A stretch of 28,809 nucleotides of DNA, taken from positions 1 to 28,809 of the IMG/VR virus record IMGVR_UViG_3300033076_000119; one strand, 5' to 3'. Of the stretch, positions 7,188-15,210 are shown piece after piece. The notes under the pieces are model-generated. The model was given only the letters and a program-made list of their open reading frames with translations. It was not told the DNA's origin and made no database searches. The stretch comes from a virus (Duplodnaviria; Caudoviricetes). Made by a program: the position numbers and the translations under genes. Positions within the stretch are counted from its first letter, which is position 1, and each line of letters starts with the position of its first letter.

Positions 7188-7736
7188 TTAGTCCTGTGAC
7201 CAAGGCAACCACTTATAACCTTTTCTAAACATACTGCGTTTGCTGGCAGCACGGCTTCTAGTTAGGTTATACTTTGCCATGATATCCGCAATGCTGGCAT
7301 CTCGTACCCACTGTATTTCTGACTCTGAGAATTTGTATTTGCGATTTGCTTGCTTGTGTTCATAGCTTCCGCAATTGCCGCCTTTAAATCCGTGAATCTG
7401 ATCACGCACCATATCAGCACGTTTTTGCTGTTGTGTGCCTTCCTCTAAATGCTCAGGAGACATGCATAGTCGATTATGGCATGTGTGATTTGCATTGTGT
7501 CCGGGTTTAATCTCTCGTCCCAGTTTAAGTGCAAGCACAATACGATGTGCTGTCATCATGCCACCACGTGGTTTTGATTCGCTGTAATATCCAATGAATG
7601 GATATCCAATACTATTTGTAACACCAGTCCACTCCGTGCAACCTGTAGCAGGATTGAACCGCTGATTCTTCTCAAATAGTTCTCGACTTATGTAACGATC
7701 GCCTATCTTAATCTTTTCAACTCTGGGTCTGCCCAT
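7188..7736 (-). CDS. HNH-family protein (HNH_3-like, apparently degenerate) with a C-terminal HTH-like domain
   Basis: CTEWTG..NSIGY, AHR, HTCHNRLCMSPEHLEEGT; SD AAGGAG. Confidence 0.85.
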   Translation of the reverse strand: MGRPRVEKIKIGDRYISRELFEKNQRFNPATGCTEWTGVTNSIGYPFIGYYSESKPRGGMMTAHRIVLALKLGREIKPGHNANHTCHNRLCMSPEHLEEGTQQQKRADMVRDQIHGFKGGNCGSYEHKQANRKYKFSESEIQWVRDASIADIMAKYNLTRSRAASKRSMFRKGYKWLPWSQD

Positions 7737-7737
7737 C

Positions 7738-8025
7738 TTAGCTCCTTGTTTCTTTTATAGTTGGGCCCATGAAGTCAACACGAATAGTTGCTTCAGGCCA
7801 TTTTAATACCAAAAATGTGTATGCTTCATCTGGTATAGTAAACATCATTGTTATATGAAAGTTGTCGGTGCGAGCTTCATAAGATCGTTTCACTGTGTGC
7901 GGATATGAATTTGCCAACAACCACGCAACTTGTTCCACTTCCGCAAATGCACGGCCCACTTCTGTGAAGTTTTGCTCCATCCATTCAGCCATGCCCCATA
8001 CTTGCGTGTATTCAACAGTTTTCAT
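7738..8025 (-). CDS. Hypothetical protein (95 aa)
   Basis: Start reassigned to ATG 8025 (ATGA overlap, GAGGA SD); contains TFLVLKW. Confidence 0.7.
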   Translation of the reverse strand: MKTVEYTQVWGMAEWMEQNFTEVGRAFAEVEQVAWLLANSYPHTVKRSYEARTDNFHITMMFTIPDEAYTFLVLKWPEATIRVDFMGPTIKETRS

Positions 8026-8342
8026 AGTGGTCCTCGTCTTGTTAATTCCAACAACACACGATATTGGTCCCATGCTTCTAATAGCGCAGGATGTGCAGCT
8101 CTTAGGTATCTAGCCGAACGACCTTCTTCTGCATCCGTTACAAGTCTCACATAGTCTTCTTCGCTGAGGCTAACATCTACTCCACGTAGAATTTCAGCAG
8201 TCATTCTGTGATCGATTACAGCCGACGGATCACTGGTGCCCATGGCGAGTGGAATTCTAACAGGTCTGTAGAATCGTCTTTCGCTTTCTTGCACAACAGC
8301 GTTGTAGTGTTTTGCAAAGTCTTGTTCGGATAAGTTTTTCAT
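8022..8342 (-). CDS. Hypothetical protein (106 aa)
   Basis: Preceded by CATAAATA; C-terminal HPALLEAWDQYRVLLEL helix. Confidence 0.75.
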   Translation of the reverse strand: MKNLSEQDFAKHYNAVVQESERRFYRPVRIPLAMGTSDPSAVIDHRMTAEILRGVDVSLSEEDYVRLVTDAEEGRSARYLRAAHPALLEAWDQYRVLLELTRRGPL

Positions 8343-8379
8343 ATAGCAATAATACTATATTTATGAACTACTAGTCAAA

Positions 8380-8709
8380 TTAAACTTTTTCCACATGTAA
8401 AACCCATTGGCTTGGGAACTCATGATCTATTGTGATCATGCCTAGTCGTTCAGATAGTTGTAGTGCTGTGGATAATTGGCATTGCACACCGGGCCATTCT
8501 CCAAGTTCCAACAACTCCCAATAGTCCATTGTGTAGTCTTGTAGTGGGTATACAAACCAAGCAGTCTTGATGTCCTTTTGCGTTTGCATTGTGCGTATAT
8601 CGACAGTGGGTGTTGCACCAACAACAAAGAACGGAACTGTTCCGGTTTTCAAATAGAACTCAGCACAAAATTCTCGGCGCCATTGCTGTTCCAATTGCGA
8701 CTGAGTCAT
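8380..8709 (-). CDS. Hypothetical protein (~109 aa)
   Basis: Start reassigned to ATG 8709 (ATGA overlap with the upstream stop). Confidence 0.65.
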   Translation of the reverse strand: MTQSQLEQQWRREFCAEFYLKTGTVPFFVVGATPTVDIRTMQTQKDIKTAWFVYPLQDYTMDYWELLELGEWPGVQCQLSTALQLSERLGMITIDHEFPSQWVLHVEKV

Positions 8710-9035
8710 CGTGGCCATGTTTTTCTGCTGGCCTTTGGCATACCTAATATGTTTCGATTGTAGGTAATCATGCTCCAGGCCTTTAACCAATTGTCTACTT
8801 GATATCTTGTCATCACATCCCCAATTGCAGAAGTTGCAATCCAATGGCGTTCTTCGAGTGTGTATTTTTCTTTGCGTCCAGCAAAATATTCTTTGCGTTT
8901 AACACCAATGCGAATTGATTGGTAGTCGCTACGACGCCCCATGATATCTCGTAGTGGCACACTACGGCCATCGGGCAAGTGAATATATTCAGGTGGTTGA
9001 TCACCCGGTAGTTGAGCGTATTTGGGCATAGTCAT
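8706..9035 (-). CDS. Putative DNA-binding protein (~109 aa) sharing a C-terminal domain with the HNH protein
   Basis: Start reassigned to 9035; RKEKYTLEERHWIATSAIGDVMTRYQV versus RKYKFSESEIQWVRDASIADIMAKYNL. Confidence 0.65.
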   Translation of the reverse strand: MTMPKYAQLPGDQPPEYIHLPDGRSVPLRDIMGRRSDYQSIRIGVKRKEYFAGRKEKYTLEERHWIATSAIGDVMTRYQVDNWLKAWSMITYNRNILGMPKASRKTWPR

Positions 9036-9054
9036 ATTTAAATGACTCGCTGGA

Positions 9055-9204
9055 TCACTTGCCTTTTTTCTTAGCTGCTGCTTGACTGGCTTTGATTGCT
9101 TGTGCTTGTCGCACAGCTTGTGCTCGGGTTGGATATACTTTGCCATGAGTACCATATTGGTACCCTTTTCCACCACGTGGACCTGTTGCTTGATGAATTG
9201 GCAT
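9055..9204 (-). CDS. Small basic phage protein (49 aa; not in ORF track)
   Basis: MPIHQATGPRGGKGYQYGTHGKVYPTRAQAVRQAQAIKASQAAAKKKGK; AAAGG SD; resembles a recurrent small phage protein pattern (MPI..GY.(W/Y)G..GKVY...A..Q..AI.AS). Confidence 0.75.
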   Translation of the reverse strand: MPIHQATGPRGGKGYQYGTHGKVYPTRAQAVRQAQAIKASQAAAKKKGK

Positions 9205-9206
9205 GA

Positions 9207-9278
9207 TTAACCTTTCTTTGGTGGTCGCTTGTTGCGATTCTTTTGAGTGCGTGATCCGCGAACAGGTAAACTTCTCAT
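9207..9278 (-). CDS. Very small, highly basic peptide (23 aa; not in ORF track)
   Basis: MRSLPVRGSRTQKNRNKRPPKKG; AAGGA SD 7 nt upstream; fills the intergenic gap exactly. Confidence 0.6.
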   Translation of the reverse strand: MRSLPVRGSRTQKNRNKRPPKKG

Positions 9279-9288
9279 GATCGTGTCC

Positions 9289-9561
9289 TTACTTTAATAC
9301 GTAGTGTGTTAACAGATAACCAGTTGCACCAATGAGCGTTGTGATAATGACGCCTGCCCATGCCAAATACATTTTGTAGTTGTCTTGAGATTCAGTGGAA
9401 ACTGCACGTTTGATTTCAAGTAGCGCAGCTTCAACCCTATCAAATCTCTGATCCATATTACTTAAACGATCAGTGATTTGCTCATAGCGTTGAGCACAAA
9501 GTTTTGTGTGTAGAACTAGATTGGTTTCTTCTTCTACTAGGGATTCAATAATTTCGCTCAT
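9289..9561 (-). CDS. Coiled-coil protein with C-terminal TM helix (XhlA/holin-like)
   Basis: H..LCAQRY, heptad coiled coil, C-terminal hydrophobic helix; position after the tail fibre module. Confidence 0.6.
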   Translation of the reverse strand: MSEIIESLVEEETNLVLHTKLCAQRYEQITDRLSNMDQRFDRVEAALLEIKRAVSTESQDNYKMYLAWAGVIITTLIGATGYLLTHYVLK

Positions 9562-9624
9562 GTTGGTTGTGTAGTTTTGGTGTGTGATTTAGAAATCATA
9601 ATTATATTTATTAAGGATTAAAAC

Positions 9625-9915
9625 ATGAGCCAAACTAGCTTCACATTTTTGTTAAAACACGTAAGAGAAGAATGCCGTCAACAGATATTAGATGATTCAC
9701 GCATACTAAAAATGTCAGCTGGTCCTGCAGAAGGTGTTCAACACGTAACTGAGATCACCGGACAAGAACACATATTTACAGCAGCACTTGCTAATCAAGC
9801 AGCCAATCCTATCGCACCAGAATCAGTGCAAAGTTTTCAAATCGATCGTGACCATCCAGAGTTTGGTTGGTTACTTCTCCACATGGCTTGGCAAAGCGAC
9901 CGATTCAACGCCTAA
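9625..9915 (+). CDS. Hypothetical protein; the only plausible plus-strand gene
   Basis: AAGGA SD plus ATG; occupies a gap with no minus-strand ORF; 45-nt convergent overlap with the next gene. Confidence 0.7.
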   Translation: MSQTSFTFLLKHVREECRQQILDDSRILKMSAGPAEGVQHVTEITGQEHIFTAALANQAANPIAPESVQSFQIDRDHPEFGWLLLHMAWQSDRFNA

Positions 9916-10521
9916 TAGCGCAGGTATATCATAAGCCCGAGAACTACTAGTCAACAGTTGTTGATATCCATCAGGTTCACGTAGGCTCAATTGCACACGT
10001 TCAATATGCGGCAATATTAGTGTTGCAAATGCAGGATGCAGTCTCATGGTATTGAAATGATCTGGCGGAATAGTTCCACTAGTTAACATATAGTTCTCTG
10101 CCCGATGCTTTAATTCGTGTGCCCATTCTTCCATTTGAACAGCTTCTGCTGCTTCCGCATCTGTCAAATGTGAATACTGTCTCATAGGCTGTATACGTGC
10201 AATACAATCTTCGATGAATGCCAATTCCGATTGTGCAGATTCAATCAGTGCCACTTGTTGGCGTTGCTGTATCTCTAAGTCTAGCAATCCAGCTTGCCCT
10301 TCTAATTGTTCTGCAAGATCATCACTAGCCACTCGACGCTCGCATCGCACTTGTTCAGCAGCTTGTTTCAATTTTACTGATTCAGCTGTATCTAACGCCA
10401 TTTGTCGTTCTTGGCGAAGATTAACTAATGCAATATAAGCTGCATCGGGAGTGTGGCAACTCCCGGCAATAAAGTAAGCAATCTGAAAGTTGTGGTTATT
10501 TCTATTAAACTTTGTAATCAT
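9871..10521 (-). CDS. Coiled-coil protein associated with the Kelch-like fibre gene (possible assembly factor)
   Basis: Helical, E/Q/A/L-rich; directly downstream of the propeller gene; AAGGA SD. Confidence 0.65.
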   Translation of the reverse strand: MITKFNRNNHNFQIAYFIAGSCHTPDAAYIALVNLRQERQMALDTAESVKLKQAAEQVRCERRVASDDLAEQLEGQAGLLDLEIQQRQQVALIESAQSELAFIEDCIARIQPMRQYSHLTDAEAAEAVQMEEWAHELKHRAENYMLTSGTIPPDHFNTMRLHPAFATLILPHIERVQLSLREPDGYQQLLTSSSRAYDIPALLGVESVALPSHVEK

Positions 10522-10528
10522 TGTATCT

Positions 10529-11470
10529 TTAACTGATTTGCAAACTATGGAATGCAGCAGGTGTGTCTGTTGCAGTTGTATAGATTTGCGTGGCAGTGGT
10601 CATGGTATCATCACTGTACTGATACTTAGTGTGTGCAGTTGACAGCGTAAAAGAACCAGCACTACCACCAGCAAAGATACCTTTAAAGTCATCTCCAGAG
10701 CCTTCACCAAAACGGATTGTGTAACCTAAGTTAGTTGCACTAGTCCAGGTGCCACCAGCAAAATCATAATAACGAACTGCGTTAGTCATGGTAACAAATG
10801 TGCCAGGACCAAAACCACTTAATGCCACAGCTTTGGTTTGATTACCAGTCATTGATACTTGACCTTGTGCAGCAGGTAAACTCTGATTGCTACCAGGTGT
10901 TTCAGTGGAGTATGTAAACAGCTTGTATTCTGTGTTTGGCGTAGATCCACTATAACCACCAAGAATCACAGCAGTGGTATCGTTGTTATGTCCAGCACAA
11001 CTAGTCCAGACAGTTGTCCAACCCAAACTAGTTGAGAATGTAGGCCATGTGTCATCGCTATACTGATATTTGGCAATGGTGTTTAATGCACTGGCATTAG
11101 AACCACCAAAGATATAACCTAATGTGCTAGTGCTTGAACCAGCATGAGTATCACGACGTGCGCTACTTAATGCAGTCGCGCTGGCCTTGCTTTCAGTGCT
11201 GAGTGTGTATTTTTCATGAGTGGTAATTGCACTACCAGTTGAGCCACCACAGCAGTGACCTTCAACAGCATTAGCAAAAGCAGACGATTGGTCACGTGCA
11301 GCATTCAATGCAGTAGCAGTAGTAACTGCATCGGTTCCAATAGTATACTTGTAAACAGTTGCAATGCGGCTATCCGCATAGCCACCCATGAAATATGAAA
11401 AGCCCCCGCTCACACCAGATGGAGCAGCAGGGTTTGCCGCAAATAGGGCAAGTCTACCTGCCCCAAACAT
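10529..11470 (-). CDS. Kelch-like beta-propeller protein, probable receptor-binding/fibre-tip subunit
   Basis: About six ~45-50 aa repeats with hydrophobic-GG and KY.YS.DT(W) motifs; TAATG coupling to the fibre gene. Confidence 0.75.
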   Translation of the reverse strand: MFGAGRLALFAANPAAPSGVSGGFSYFMGGYADSRIATVYKYTIGTDAVTTATALNAARDQSSAFANAVEGHCCGGSTGSAITTHEKYTLSTESKASATALSSARRDTHAGSSTSTLGYIFGGSNASALNTIAKYQYSDDTWPTFSTSLGWTTVWTSCAGHNNDTTAVILGGYSGSTPNTEYKLFTYSTETPGSNQSLPAAQGQVSMTGNQTKAVALSGFGPGTFVTMTNAVRYYDFAGGTWTSATNLGYTIRFGEGSGDDFKGIFAGGSAGSFTLSTAHTKYQYSDDTMTTATQIYTTATDTPAAFHSLQIS

Positions 11471-14400
11471 TATGCGTATCCTTTCACCAATGATGCTAGA
11501 TAATTAGTGCCATCATAAAACACATTAATCACGTCAATTGAACTTGGCGCAGTTGAAAGTGTTTTACTTCCGCCTGCATACTTCAAGTTACTAGTCAATG
11601 CACGAGCGCCAGTGGCATCTTGTGTGATAATGAAAGTAATGCTTGAACCAGCAACAGCGTTAGTGATGTCTGTGGTATTAAGTGTAACACCTCCAGTTGC
11701 AGTTAATGTTACTACTGAACCAGCAGCCACGTTGCCCACAATCGCACCAGTCACGTTACCAAGAGCAACAACTTTTTCGTTGTAGGTCTGCATTGTGCCA
11801 TAACGGTTAGCAGTGCCAGTAGAAACAATGCTACCGTTAGTTTGGATCAAACTACGTGAGTCTTCGTTTAAGATTGTGTATGCATTGTTTACTAGAGAAA
11901 CGTTGCTGCTTACCCAACCACTTGGAGTGTGAACTGCAATTGCGTTTGCCACAGTTACGTTGCCGCTTTGACCACTGATGCCACCTGCTAATAGTCGAGC
12001 ATAAGTGATTGTGCTTGCGCCAGCACCTGCTGTTTGGTTTACAACACCATATTGTGCAGTTGCGTATGTGACGTTTGCTGTGCCGCCTTGCGGAACAACA
12101 GAAACAGTTCCGTTAACACCAACTGCATGTCCTTGTAAACCACTGCCTAGAATTAATACTTGGTTACCAGATGCAACAGTTGATAATACACCGCCCATGG
12201 TAGTAGCGGTTGTGCCCCAGTTCTTGCCATTCAAGTTAACTTCTAGTGTGCTAGCAGTTGCACGAACTCGATCGCTTACGTTCACTGCTGCGTTAGCACT
12301 AGTTGCAGTCACTGAGTTGAATGCAGTGAACATGGAACTGGTTCTGTTGCCTGCGCCCCATTGGGTTAGCAAGTTAACGTTTCCGCTAACTACTTGTCCA
12401 ATAGTTTGGTTTAAGCCACTTGCGTTTGGAGCAATCAAGTTACCAGCAGTATAAACTGGTTGATATGTTACATAACTGGTTTGTGTGCCAGTTAGTGTAG
12501 ATACCATAGTGTTCTGCGGGAACGCATTTGCAAGAATACGGTTGTTAACCGAATCAGTTAGTGTTGATCCAGCCAAGTTGCCTGTAAATGGTGTTCCGCC
12601 ACTCAATAAGTTTGTGCTAACACCAGCACCAGCATCGCCAATATTAATGTAAGCTCCGCGATTAGTTCCACCTACTTCAAAGAATCTCAATTGATTTTGA
12701 TTGATATCAATAGCTACACTACCGCCACTCAATGTGGTATTAGTTTGTGCTGTGGCAAGTCTAAATTCACCACCTTCATCACCAGATGAGTAAAGCGATT
12801 CAATATTGCCTGTTGATACTTTAAAACTTGTGCCATCGTAAACCATTCCGCTAGTGCCTGTGGCCACATTGGAACTGTTTTTATATACAATTTGGTTGGC
12901 GTTTGCGCTGTCGTTTGCACCTGCTGGGCCGGTTGCACCTGTAGCACCCACGGGACCAGTTGGGCCCATTGGACCTGTAGCACCTGCACTACCTGGTGTT
13001 CCTGGATCGCCTTGCGGACCAGTTGGACCTGTCGCACCAGCAGGGCCTTGCGGACCAGTTGCGCCTGTAGCACCCACTGCTCCATCTGCGCCGTTACTAC
13101 CAGCTGGGCCGGTTGCGCCTGTAGCACCAGTTGCACCTACTGCTCCGTTTAATCCATTAGTTCCTGCTGGGCCAGTTGCGCCAGTGGCACCAACTGCTCC
13201 GTCTGCACCAGCTGGACCTGTAGCTCCAGTAGCACCAGTTGCGCCCGCTGGACCTGTTGCTCCAACAGCTCCGTTACTACCTGCAGGACCAGTTGCGCCA
13301 GTTGCACCTTCAGCACCCACATCGCCTTTATCACCAGTGCGAGAGAACTCAAGATATGCATAATCATAGAATGGACTATTAGTTCCATTTGCACTAATTA
13401 CTGTAACATCAATTTCGTGCCAACCAATAGCGCCAGTGTGATAAGTTACACCATCAACACGATATACGGCTGCACCGCCGTTGTCTGTTCTAATGCTTAG
13501 ATAGCCTTTAATTGTGCTTGTGCTGTCATCCCATGAATTAATGTAAGTGCTTAAATCAGTATCCATGTTATCGCTGACGCTGCTTACACAAATCTTAGTT
13601 GTGGTGCTCCAGAAAAGACTGTTAATAGTTAAACTGTTTGACCCTGGATCAGCAACAGTAACACCTTCATTAAACTGATATCCTAATACTGCTGTTGCAC
13701 CTGTTGCACCTACGGGACCCGTTGGGCCAGTAACACCGGTTGGACCTGTAGCTCCAGTAGCACCAACGGGACCAGTTGCACCAGTAGCTCCAGGTGCGCC
13801 TGTATTACCAGTGACGCCTTGAATACCCTGAATACCTTGTGGACCTGTGGCTCCAGTTGCGCCAACACCGCCTGTGTTGCCAGTTAATCCAGTTGCGCCT
13901 GTAGCGCCAACAGGGCCAGTAGCACCAGTTGCACCCGCAGGGCCAGTAGCACCCGCAGGGCCAGTTGCACCTTCTGGACCAACAATTTGTCCAGCATCAG
14001 TCCATGTGCTGCCCGACCAAACATACAAGTTGCCGTCAGCAACAACAATCCAAGCATCACCAGCAGAGTTACCAGAAGCTGGTAAATCTACAACAGCAGG
14101 AACTGTGCCTTTAACAGTAATACCTGTTCCGGTTGCGCCTGTAGCGCCTGTTAAACCAGTTGCGCCTGTAGCGCCAACAGGACCAGTAGCTCCAGTTGTG
14201 CCTTGTGGGCCAGTTGCTCCAGTTACACCAGTTGCGCCTGTGGCTCCAGTATCTCCCTGAACGCCTTGCACGCCCTGAATGCCCTGTGGGCCTGTGGCAC
14301 CAGCTGGGCCAGTTGCGCCTTGTGGGCCAGTGGCTCCAGTTGCGCCTTGTGGGCCAGTAGCACCCACTGCTCCGGTAGCTCCAGTGGCTCCAGTTGCACC

Positions 14401-14616
14401 CACTGCACCAGATGCACCTTGTGGTCCGGTAGCTCCAGTTGCTCCGGCTGGACCTGCGGCGCCCGCTGGGCCAGTAGCACCGGCCGGGCCCTCTACTGCA
14501 ATTGAGTTGAAGCTAACAGTAACAGGATTGCTTTGGCTAATGATGCTGACATTTGAAGTTTGTTCCGAAACAGAAACGTCTGAACGCAGTTCAGTGATTG
14601 TGATTGTATTTGCCAT
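11470..14616 (-). CDS. Collagen-like tail fibre (1048 aa)
   Basis: Three Gly-X-Y tracts (GAT/GPA/GPQ) separated by globular domains; C-terminal IITQDATG.R...[10 protein letters not shown].. fibre-type domain. Confidence 0.9.
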   Translation of the reverse strand: MANTITITELRSDVSVSEQTSNVSIISQSNPVTVSFNSIAVEGPAGATGPAGAAGPAGATGATGPQGASGAVGATGATGATGAVGATGPQGATGATGPQGATGPAGATGPQGIQGVQGVQGDTGATGATGVTGATGPQGTTGATGPVGATGATGLTGATGATGTGITVKGTVPAVVDLPASGNSAGDAWIVVADGNLYVWSGSTWTDAGQIVGPEGATGPAGATGPAGATGATGPVGATGATGLTGNTGGVGATGATGPQGIQGIQGVTGNTGAPGATGATGPVGATGATGPTGVTGPTGPVGATGATAVLGYQFNEGVTVADPGSNSLTINSLFWSTTTKICVSSVSDNMDTDLSTYINSWDDSTSTIKGYLSIRTDNGGAAVYRVDGVTYHTGAIGWHEIDVTVISANGTNSPFYDYAYLEFSRTGDKGDVGAEGATGATGPAGSNGAVGATGPAGATGATGATGPAGADGAVGATGATGPAGTNGLNGAVGATGATGATGPAGSNGADGAVGATGATGPQGPAGATGPTGPQGDPGTPGSAGATGPMGPTGPVGATGATGPAGANDSANANQIVYKNSSNVATGTSGMVYDGTSFKVSTGNIESLYSSGDEGGEFRLATAQTNTTLSGGSVAIDINQNQLRFFEVGGTNRGAYINIGDAGAGVSTNLLSGGTPFTGNLAGSTLTDSVNNRILANAFPQNTMVSTLTGTQTSYVTYQPVYTAGNLIAPNASGLNQTIGQVVSGNVNLLTQWGAGNRTSSMFTAFNSVTATSANAAVNVSDRVRATASTLEVNLNGKNWGTTATTMGGVLSTVASGNQVLILGSGLQGHAVGVNGTVSVVPQGGTANVTYATAQYGVVNQTAGAGASTITYARLLAGGISGQSGNVTVANAIAVHTPSGWVSSNVSLVNNAYTILNEDSRSLIQTNGSIVSTGTANRYGTMQTYNEKVVALGNVTGAIVGNVAAGSVVTLTATGGVTLNTTDITNAVAGSSITFIITQDATGARALTSNLKYAGGSKTLSTAPSSIDVINVFYDGTNYLASLVKGYA
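12915..14490 (-). repeat. Collagen Gly-X-Y coding repeats (approx. 14125-14490, 13690-13980, 12915-13335)
   Basis: 9-nt periodic ccagt(t/a/g)gc(a/g/t) pattern on the plus strand; boundaries approximate. Confidence 0.9.
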
Positions 14617-14620
14617 GTGA

Positions 14621-15124
14621 TTATCCTAATGTTAGTGCTGTGTAACCGACAGCCAGTGTAGGGTCGCCTACGGTAACATCAGGTTCCCAGCAATTTATAA
14701 ATGCCCAACGATGTGTATTGATTTGTGCTGGAGTTGCATTATCAGTCCAGGTAACACCAACTACAGTAATTGGCACGTTTTGACGTGCATCAGGAATAAT
14801 TGGACCAGTATACATGCCTGCAGGAATGTAAACTTTAACTGTGCCAGCAGCAGCATCAATAACATCCGGTGCCGAATCGCCGGAGATTTCAACTTTGGCA
14901 AACGAGCCGATAACACGACTATCTGTAAAATTGGGTTGACCAGTGTTGCGATTGAACGTGACTGAGTCAACTACGAGTGTTTGGTAATCAACTGCGAAAG
15001 TCCATCCTGTGATGTCTTGTGCAAAGTTGTATAAGAATGTTTTTTGGTTTGATGGGAAGATCTGTTCTACTTTAATTTGATCTGGTCCACCAATATATTG
15101 TTGGAAATTTAATACGCCTGCCAT
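14621..15124 (-). CDS. Fibre attachment/baseplate-upper (BppU-N-like) protein
   Basis: DITGWTF and GTVKVYIP motifs; beta-rich; lies between tail tip and fibre genes. Confidence 0.6.
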   Translation of the reverse strand: MAGVLNFQQYIGGPDQIKVEQIFPSNQKTFLYNFAQDITGWTFAVDYQTLVVDSVTFNRNTGQPNFTDSRVIGSFAKVEISGDSAPDVIDAAAGTVKVYIPAGMYTGPIIPDARQNVPITVVGVTWTDNATPAQINTHRWAFINCWEPDVTVGDPTLAVGYTALTLG

Positions 15125-15183
15125 TTAAGTGCTCCTGTAGGATAATGCTCCGGTACTGAGGCACAGGAGCATGTGTTTATTTA
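15125..15183 (-). promoter_or_regulatory. TAAATA promoter motif with a structured leader and 15-aa leader ORF
   Basis: TAAATA-AACAC-ATG(15172)...TAA-ATG(15124); AUGCUCCUGU can pair with GGAGCAU or with ACAGGAGCA (the SD). Confidence 0.55.
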
Positions 15184-15210
15184 TGGACGGCGAGATTACC
15201 AGATGCTGTG

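Noticed and set aside
6464-7190. tRNA genes or attachment sites in the structured intergenic regions
   Set aside because: No cloverleaf or T-loop consensus, and no integrase in the genome.
7188-7736. HNH as a terminase-associated cos-cleavage nuclease
   Set aside because: Far from terS/terL, homing-type architecture and apparently degenerate catalytic residues.
9036-9176. N-terminal extension of ORF 8706..9176
   Set aside because: Overlaps the better-supported 49-aa ORF 9055..9204 in another frame.
12915-14490. Repeats as a possible CRISPR or guide-RNA array
   Set aside because: 9-nt periodicity with third-position variation is fully explained by collagen coding; no constant repeat with unique spacers seen anywhere in the window.
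12729-14620. Several long plus-strand and alternate-frame ORFs (PVAPVAP..., Q/L/V-rich)
   Set aside because: Shadows of the collagen Gly-X-Y repeat; no SD and no independent signal.
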